A model generated the notes under the pieces. The model searched no databases, had not been told where the DNA came from, and saw only the letters and a program-made list of their open reading frames with translations. Positions 8,665 through 15,900 of a stretch of DNA of 28,839 nt are shown one piece after another. Source of the DNA: Candidatus Krumholzibacteriia bacterium (GTDB lineage: Bacteria; Krumholzibacteriota; Krumholzibacteriia; WVZY01); assembly GCA_036478295.1 (NCBI GenBank), contig JAZGDW010000065.1, forward strand, positions 1 to 28,839, written 5' to 3'. The position numbers and the translations under genes are program-made. Within the stretch, counting starts at the first letter, position 1. Every line of letters starts with the position of its first letter.

Positions 8665-8703
8665 ATCGCGGGTCCTGTCAGCGAACAGCGCGACCGTGCT
8701 CGC
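8665..8703 (+). repeat. Short dispersed repeat family 2, copy A
   Basis: GGTCCTGTCAGCGAACA-N6-CCGTGCTCGC; the reverse complement occurs at 12936-12968. Confidence 0.85.
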
Positions 8704-8860
8704 TAAAGCTGCGCGCGGCCGCTACGTCCACCCGCTGCCACTCATACCGCGGCGCGAGGTGACCGGTAGCGCCGGATCCGTCAACCGGAAAAGCGTTGGT
8801 CGCGCGGCGTTTCTTCTGTATATTCATCGGATATTTTGGCGTATGCACGGGGGGAAACAC

Positions 8861-9535
8861 ATGAGGGCAAAAGGAATCAAGCAGGGCCAGCGGCGGCTCA
8901 ACACGCTGATCACCGGTATGAGCAAGGCAGTTGGGGCATCGCTGCCCTCTGTTTCACGACTCGCCCGGCGCAAACGGGATCCGTTTCGCATTCTGGTAGC
9001 CACGGTGCTCAGTTTGCGCACGAAGGACGAGGTCACCATGGCGGCGTCGAAGCGTATCTTTGCGGTGGCTGCCACAGTCGGCTGCCTGGCCTCCACGCCG
9101 GTTCGCGCCATCGAGAAGGCCATCTACCCGGTCGGCTTCTACAAGACCAAGGCGCGCACGATCAAAAATATCGCCCGCCGGTTGCTCGCCGAGTACGACG
9201 GGGTCGTTCCCGACTCGATCGATGAGCTTCTGACCTTCAAAGGTGTGGGCCGAAAGACGGCCAACCTTGTCGTGACCCTCGGTTATGGCAAGCAGGGCAT
9301 TTGTGTCGATACCCACGTGCACCGGGTCTCCAACCGCCTCGGACTGGTGACAACAACAACCGCCGAGCAAACGGAGTTCGCCTTGATGGACGTCCTTCCC
9401 GGCAAGTATTGGATCGGTTACAACGAACTGCTGGTGAGCTTCGGACAGAGGGTCTGCAAGCCCATCTCCCCCCTGTGCTCGACATGCCCGCTGGAGAAAA
9501 GGTGTCCACAGCTTGGCGTCGAGAGACATCGTTGA
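8861..9535 (+). CDS. nth: Endonuclease III (HhH-GPD, 4Fe-4S)
   Basis: DPFRILVATVLS, LLTFKGVGRKTAN, VDTHVHRV, C-X6-C-X2-C-X5-C (CKPISPLCSTCPLEKRC). ATG 8861 behind GGGGGG. Confidence 0.93.
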   Translation: MRAKGIKQGQRRLNTLITGMSKAVGASLPSVSRLARRKRDPFRILVATVLSLRTKDEVTMAASKRIFAVAATVGCLASTPVRAIEKAIYPVGFYKTKARTIKNIARRLLAEYDGVVPDSIDELLTFKGVGRKTANLVVTLGYGKQGICVDTHVHRVSNRLGLVTTTTAEQTEFALMDVLPGKYWIGYNELLVSFGQRVCKPISPLCSTCPLEKRCPQLGVERHR

Positions 9536-9709
9536 GCTGGCTGCGATGGCGAGGGGGGGCTCATGCTCAGACAGTCCTGGGGCGCACGAGCCTCATCCTC
9601 GTAGACACGGTTAGCGCGCCTGCGCACTGCTCCGCAGCATTTCGCTCATTGTGGCCAGCTGTCAGTGCTCAAGAACTCGCCTGAGCCCCCCCTCGCCATC
9701 GCAGCCAGC
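9536..9709 (-). repeat. Dispersed structured element family 1, copy 1 (126-bp core in a perfect 28-bp inverted repeat)
   Basis: Arms 9536-9563 and 9682-9709 are exact reverse complements. Core 9560-9685 is the reverse-complement homologue of 19634-19759. Confidence 0.93.
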
Positions 9710-10186
9710 CTAGATGTTCTTTACGAGAATAAGACGGTCCATGCCGTCCTGGTAGTAGTTGTTCTGGATACCGAGCGACGTGAATCCCCGGTGGTAGTAG
9801 AAGGTCCTGACCTTTTCGAAAGGCTTGTACTTGACGGTGTAGGAGAGCGTGGAGGCGATGATCTTGTTGACGCCGGCTTGCTCCATCCTCTTCTCCAGCG
9901 TGTCCAGCATCAGGCTCCCCAGCCCGAGACCGTGGTAATCCTCCTTGACCCCCATCCAGATGATCTCGGTGGTGCGGCTGTCCCTAAGTTCGAAGATGAG
10001 GAAACCGATGACCTCTTTGCCCGCGACCCCCACCAGCACCGATCTCTTGCTGAGCGAGGCCGCGATGAGCTCCACCACATCCTCCGGAAAGAACGTGGTC
10101 AGGGACCTGGCGAGCTCGACGATGAACGGCTTATCGGCGTTCTTCATATCGCGAATCTGAAACGGTTTGGAGGATTGTGCTGGCAT
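9710..10186 (-). CDS. GNAT-family N-acetyltransferase
   Basis: EIIWMGVKEDYHGLGLGSLML (acetyl-CoA motif A), RTFYYHRGF. Start placed at ATG 10186. Confidence 0.85.
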   Translation of the reverse strand: MPAQSSKPFQIRDMKNADKPFIVELARSLTTFFPEDVVELIAASLSKRSVLVGVAGKEVIGFLIFELRDSRTTEIIWMGVKEDYHGLGLGSLMLDTLEKRMEQAGVNKIIASTLSYTVKYKPFEKVRTFYYHRGFTSLGIQNNYYQDGMDRLILVKNI

Positions 10187-10428
10187 GGTGAAATTCCGGG
10201 GAAGTGGAAAAGCGCTGACGACGAGCTGACGCGATTGTACTGGCAGACGACCGATTATTGCAATCAAAAACGCTGCGCTCCCGGAATGGGTTTGCGGCAG
10301 GGGCTGTGTGTGCTACGCTGCACACGGCGTGACGGGTCCGTAGCCTCTCCGCGCGGGAACGGCCGGCACGCGATACAGCTCGTATCCACGCGAAGGCGGG
10401 CTCGTACCGCCACGGAGCGGCTGGAAAC

Positions 10429-10503
10429 GGGGGCTTAACTCAGCGGGAGAGTGCTACCTTCACACGGTAGAAGTCACTGGTTCAAATCCAGTAGTCCCCA
10501 CCA
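10429..10503 (+). tRNA. tRNA-Val (anticodon CAC)
   Basis: Acceptor stem GGGGGCT/AGTCCCC, anticodon arm CTACC-TTCACAC-GGTAG, T-arm ACTGG-TTCAAAT-CCAGT, encoded CCA. Confidence 0.97.
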
Positions 10504-10564
10504 TTCCTCCTGGACAGATTCGTGCAGACCGGGTCACCGGCTGGAGCGCGGGGGGACTACGCGC

Positions 10565-12877
10565 TCACGGGGTCCGCTCGGGTCGGGGCGAGCCGTCCAG
10601 CGGGATACCTTTCTCCAGCGTGACTTTCAGTTGCTGGGCCAGCCGCAGCAACTCCCGCTCGCCGCCGGTCGCGAACAGGACCTCGAGCAGTCCCAGCGCC
10701 CGGTCGACTTCCTTGATGTGTCCGAACGTCAGCGCCGCATAATACAACGCACGCGAATTGTCCGGGGCGTTCTCGAGCACGCGCATGTATGCGGCGTTTG
10801 CCGCCCGGAAATCACGCAGGCGTACAAGCGAATCACCCACACCCATCCACGCCTTGCTGAAACGGGGAGCCTGGTCCAGACAGTACCGGAAGCGGCGGAT
10901 GGCCCCTTCCTTGTCGTCCCTCGCCAGTGCGGCGACGGCGGTGTGATACGTGGCCAGGATATCCACGACCCGCGTGTAAAACGACTCGAGAGTGTCCCCG
11001 TTTCGTTCCAGGATGTTGTACTGATAAACTGGGGGATGATCTGTCAGAAAAGAGGGTTCCCCGCCGTCGACGACCCGGAACAAGCGATAGACATCGTTTT
11101 CATAGACGAGATTGAAGTGCCGGAGTCGCTCGGGTGCGAAATGCATCCGCTTCGCCACGGCGTCCTCGCCGAATCTCCGCAGTCCCGCCATGTAGAGCGG
11201 TGAATATTTGGATGTGTCGAGCAGTAAATCGATCGAGTAGACCACGTAACGAATTCCCGACGCTTTGCAGAAGGTGTACAGCGTGTCTTCGTGTTCATAG
11301 AATAGGGCGATGACCTGGCCGGTCCGCTGTGCCATCTTCTTCGTCGTCGCTCCCGGTACCAGCATCGTCTTGCGCCCGGCGAACGTAACTATCAGCGAGG
11401 ATAACTCGGGCGGAACAAGATACGGATCGCGTACGGAAGTGCGGCTCACCACGTAACGGACCAGGTCCAGGTCCGCGTTTCCCAGACTCACCGCTGCAAA
11501 GCCGTCCGGATTCACCGGCGACAACCCGAGAACACCACCGGCCCGATAAACGGCATTGGCCTTGCCCAGCGGCATCAGTCCGCTGGTGACGACCAGGAGC
11601 GCGCCAATAGCGACCAGCGTGCCGCGGCGTGCGAGGTGCTTGCCCAGCGCTACTCCGGAGACGGCGAGCAGCGGAAAAAGGATCAGTGCGGCGGCGTAAA
11701 TCGTGCCGCGGTCGAGCCAAAAGACGAGCACGCCCAGCAGGCCGACAAAGACGGGCGGCCACACGCGCCTGCCGGCGCGGAGAGAGAAGCCACGTAACGA
11801 CAAGAACGCCGGCGGCAGCAGGAAAATGAGCGGAACGAAGAATGCAAAGAGCGTGTACGGCGCGGGGGTCGAGCGGTCGTGCGACCACAGGAAACGGACC
11901 GACTCGGGGAGCAGCTGCGGATCCACTGGTTTGCCGGCGATGGACCGCAAACGATAAAACCAGTACTGGACCTCGGAGAGCGTTTCGACACCGCCGATGT
12001 GGATCGGTCGCAGCACGAGCAGGAGCGGCACGGCACCGGCCACCAGGTACGCCCAGCCCGGAACCCTCGACGGCAGTGAGTGTCGAACGTAACCGTACAC
12101 GGTCGAGACCACGATCAGAACAACGGGCCAGTCGGCGATAAGACGGCGGGCGTGGAGATATGGCAGAAGCGCCGCCGCGAAGATCATCACGGCCGCGTGC
12201 CAGGTGAGAAACGTTCTTCGGGCGCGATCGTCGCCTCCGGGAAGCAGGACGGCGACCGCACAGAACAGTGCGGCGTAGGCGGGGCCGGTTTCCCATACAG
12301 CGAGCAGCGCTAGCGTTGCCAGCGCCGACCAGATGGCCCGCGCCGTGGACGGCGTGCGCCGCCACGCGAGAAACAGCCACAAGTGCAGCGAGACGAGGAG
12401 CAGTGCAAACGGGCCGTGCAGGAACTCGCTGCCGAGGGTGATCCCAATCAGCGGGGGTGAAAACGCCAGCAGGAGCGCAGCGAGTAACCCGGACGTCTGG
12501 CATTGCCACAGCGATCGGGTAAAACCGTAGAACGTAAAGACACAGAGTGAAAAGACGAGGACGGTGAACAAACCGGCCACGTTCTTCTTCGGCATGTCGC
12601 TGAATGCATTCCCGAACCGGATCGCGGCCCCGGTCAGGTATTCGGCGCCAACCGCCTTGGTATAAGCCGGTGAATAGCCTTCCGGCCAAAAGAAGCGTGG
12701 GTCATGCTCGGGGAGACCTCCCTGGGTCCCGACGGCCAGCGCGTGCCGGTAATTGGTACCCGATTCCCCTTTGAAGTATGGGTAGGGTGTTCCGCTCGAG
12801 CCGCTGAGCCGGATCCATACCGCGGCGATGTACAACAAGATCAGGAGTATGCTGACGCCCGACTTTGGTAGGGTCAT
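10565..12877 (-). CDS. GT-C fold membrane glycosyltransferase (DPY19/STT3-like) with C-terminal TPRs
   Basis: N-terminal TM, loop FKGESGTNY...DPRFFWPEG, about 12 TMs, soluble domain DLVRYVVSRT...AGRKTML...GIRYVV, then TPR-like helices. Confidence 0.72.
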   Translation of the reverse strand: MTLPKSGVSILLILLYIAAVWIRLSGSSGTPYPYFKGESGTNYRHALAVGTQGGLPEHDPRFFWPEGYSPAYTKAVGAEYLTGAAIRFGNAFSDMPKKNVAGLFTVLVFSLCVFTFYGFTRSLWQCQTSGLLAALLLAFSPPLIGITLGSEFLHGPFALLLVSLHLWLFLAWRRTPSTARAIWSALATLALLAVWETGPAYAALFCAVAVLLPGGDDRARRTFLTWHAAVMIFAAALLPYLHARRLIADWPVVLIVVSTVYGYVRHSLPSRVPGWAYLVAGAVPLLLVLRPIHIGGVETLSEVQYWFYRLRSIAGKPVDPQLLPESVRFLWSHDRSTPAPYTLFAFFVPLIFLLPPAFLSLRGFSLRAGRRVWPPVFVGLLGVLVFWLDRGTIYAAALILFPLLAVSGVALGKHLARRGTLVAIGALLVVTSGLMPLGKANAVYRAGGVLGLSPVNPDGFAAVSLGNADLDLVRYVVSRTSVRDPYLVPPELSSLIVTFAGRKTMLVPGATTKKMAQRTGQVIALFYEHEDTLYTFCKASGIRYVVYSIDLLLDTSKYSPLYMAGLRRFGEDAVAKRMHFAPERLRHFNLVYENDVYRLFRVVDGGEPSFLTDHPPVYQYNILERNGDTLESFYTRVVDILATYHTAVAALARDDKEGAIRRFRYCLDQAPRFSKAWMGVGDSLVRLRDFRAANAAYMRVLENAPDNSRALYYAALTFGHIKEVDRALGLLEVLFATGGERELLRLAQQLKVTLEKGIPLDGSPRPERTP

Positions 12878-12935
12878 GAAGGCTCTCGTTCGTGAATCTC
12901 AGAATCCGGTGGGGGCACCTGGCCGTGCGCCGCTG

Positions 12936-12975
12936 GCGAGCACGGGCGGGGTGTTCGCTGACAGGACCTGCCGAT
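12936..12975 (-). repeat. Short dispersed repeat family 2, copy B
   Basis: GCGAGCACGG-N6-TGTTCGCTGACAGGACC on +, the reverse complement of 8671-8703. Confidence 0.85.
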
Positions 12976-12992
12976 GGCCCGTTGTCTACAAT

Positions 12993-15900
12993 CTATTGTA
13001 ATCTATCGTAGTCACGCAAGCGCGCATAAAGGGTCGGTTTCGATATGCCCAGCATGGCCGCCGCACGGCCTTTGCCGTCCACATGCGACACCATGCGCCT
13101 CGCCAACAGAGCTTCCAGCACCGGCAGCAGCGGCTTCGATTCCGAATAATTGCCCAAAGCGATTATCTGGTCGACGAGCTCGTCCAGTCGCCGGCTGGTG
13201 TGGCGGCCGGTCCCCATGACCTCTTTCAGGAAATCGTCAGGCAGTGATGACGATGTGATCAGATTGTCGTCGGACAGCACGATGACACGCTCCAGCACGT
13301 TTTGCAACTCTCGGACGTTTCCGCCCCAGGTCGCCTTCTGAAAGAGCTGGATTGCCTCCGGTGACAGCGTCTTGGGCGGTATGCCCTTTTCCGCGCAGCT
13401 CTTTTTTACATAATCGAGCGCGATCGCTAGCATGTCCTCCTTGCGTTCACGCAGCGGCGGCAGATCGATCAGGATGACCTTCAGTCGGTAGTACAGGTCC
13501 AGACGAAATTTGCCTTGCTTGCAGAGTTCCTCGAGGTCTTCGTTGCTCGCCGCAACGATGCGAACATCCGCCGTCAACCTCTGGTTGCCACCTAGCCGCA
13601 TGAAGCTTTTGCCATCGATGAAATGGAGAAGCTTGGTCTGTGTTTCGATCGGCATCACATTGATATCGTCGAGAAACAACGTGCCCCCGTCCGCCATTTC
13701 GCACAAGCCCAGTTTGCGCCGTACGGCTCCCGTGAACGACCCGCGTTCGTGGCCGAACAACTCGCTCTCGAGCAGATCATGGGGAATCTGCGCGCAGTGG
13801 ATTTCCTGAAACCGCTTCTTGTGCCGGGGGCTTTTGTAATGAATCGCGCGCGCTAGGACGGACTTGCCGGTGCCGCTCTCCCCCAGGATAAGGATACCGG
13901 AATCGGTGTTCTTGACTTTTTCCAACAGGCGGAAAATGTCCTTCATTGCTTCACTCTTGCCGATCAAACTCTCGAAACGAAACTTGACCTGCTCGTCATC
14001 CTGCATCTCGTCATCCTGAATCTCGAGTATCTCGCCCTTGAGGAACTGCTCGTTCAGGTGGAGCATCAGTTTCAGGCTGCCCGCTACCTGCCGCCCGAGC
14101 CACGTAAAGAAGTTGACGTTCTCTTTGGAAAGGGGGAGGCGATTCTTTTCCAGGTAGAACAAGAGGCATCCGAGGTCTTCGCTCATGGCTTTGAGCGGAA
14201 TACAGAGAAAGCCTTGTCCTTCCGGCGGGTCGAGGTCCGGTACCACATCGGAAAGATCCTGGGAATGACTGTCGACGAGTCCGCCGAGCAGGAGCGTGCG
14301 TCGGAAAAGAGCGTCGGTGCTTCTGGGCAGTGCGGCGCTGCGCTCTCCCGTGCTTCCAAATACGCGAAACTGGTTGCTGTCTGTCCTGAGCGCGAGGTAA
14401 CAGTCGGTGGGATCGACAACGCGCCTGGCCGCGTCCATGACCCGGCGGATGAATTCCCTGTGGTCGGTGGCGTAGTCGGTCAACGCGCTCAGCTCGTAGA
14501 AAGCCATCAGTAGCTCCTGCGATTCCTTGCCGCCGATCGGGGTTCGCGCCGGGTGGGCCCTGAGGACGTGCTGGAGCTTCACGAATTCCTCGGGCAGCTC
14601 GCGCCCGATGTCCGCGCGGATGAAGTCCTGTGCGCGGTCGAGATAGTGCCGCGCTTCGAGGTCATTCCCCGTTTGCGCGTGGATAAGCCCGATCTTCGCG
14701 AGTACCGTGGCCGCGAGCCTGTATTTCGAGAGCGCCGTGTATTGGGTGGACGCCCGTTCGTAGTGCTTGAGCGCCTCCACCTGCCGGTTTTGCTCACGTT
14801 CGAGGTCCCCGAAGATAACTTCGATCTGGGCGTTCTCGTATTTCGATCCGATTCGTTGGACCAGTTCGAACGCGGCGTCCGCAAATTCCTTTGCCTCTTC
14901 GAACCGCTTCTGCTTGAGGCACATCGCAGAGAGACGACGCAGCGCGCCCATCTCCTCGTTGATCGCCTGCCGCTCGTGCGAGACGTTCAGAGACACGCGG
15001 TAGTGTTGTTCCGCCGCTTCAAAATCCCCGTCCTCGAGCGCGATATCACCGAGCGTGGCGTAGTTGTCGGCGGCCAGCGGCGCGTTTTCGAGCGCTTCGC
15101 TGATGGCGAGGCTCTCCCGGCACTTGGCTTCCGCTTCCTTAAAATTGCGGCCTTCGAGATAGAGAAGCGCCAGGTTGAGGTAACCACCGGCGATTCCCGC
15201 CTGGTTGTTCTGGCGGCGCTTGAGCTCCAGACTGCGGTTGTAGTAATCCAGGGCCTTTTCGTATTCACCTTTGCTCTGATAGGCGAGGGCGAGGTTGTTG
15301 AAACTCGCCGCCAGCGAGTTGTCGTCGCCTGACCGCTCGCGTAGGTAAGCGCTCTGCTCGTAATAGGAAATCGCTTCGTCGTAACGGCTCGTGTTGAAGT
15401 GAACCACACCCATCAGGTTCAACGCCTGCGCGACGATCATTGGGTACTGGGTGGCGCTGAGCGTGTTCAAACTCAACCTGGATGATTCCATCGACATGTC
15501 ATAGTCACCGAGCCGGTACTGCAGCCATCCGATATCGTTCAGCAGTTGGGCCTGTTCCGGTATGGGCAGTGCCGAACGCAGGTCGTCTCGCGCTGTTTCC
15601 AGGAGGTCCAGCGCCTGTTTGAATTCGCCGCGTGCCTCCCACCGGTCGGCCAGTAGACGGTAGGTCCCGCTGAGTCGCGGCGCATTCTTCAGCTTGACGT
15701 CTTCTTCCGCCTCGTCGATGAGGTCTCTCGATTCGAGCAGCAGGCGTTCGGCATCCGCGGCGCTCCCCTTTTGCAGCAGGTCCAGGGCGAGTTCGTAATG
15801 GGCCAGCACCTGGTCCGCGAACGGAAGGCTCTCCAGGATCCGTTTGCCCGCCAGCCCGATGCACAACGAGACGACCGCGGGATTGCGCCTCTCGCTCTTC

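Noticed and set aside
9536..9709. Family-1 element as 6S RNA, hammerhead ribozyme or retron ncRNA
   Set aside because: Length is 6S-like, but two near-identical cores with unrelated arms are atypical; no CUGANGA/GAAA core seen; no reverse transcriptase in the window. Not excluded without an Rfam search.
9665..10438. 257-aa + strand ORF and other long antisense ORFs (e.g. 2803-3888, 6708-7877, 19716-20813, 23028-24365)
   Set aside because: They overlap well-supported genes on the opposite strand and show no recognisable motifs; typical of high-GC DNA.
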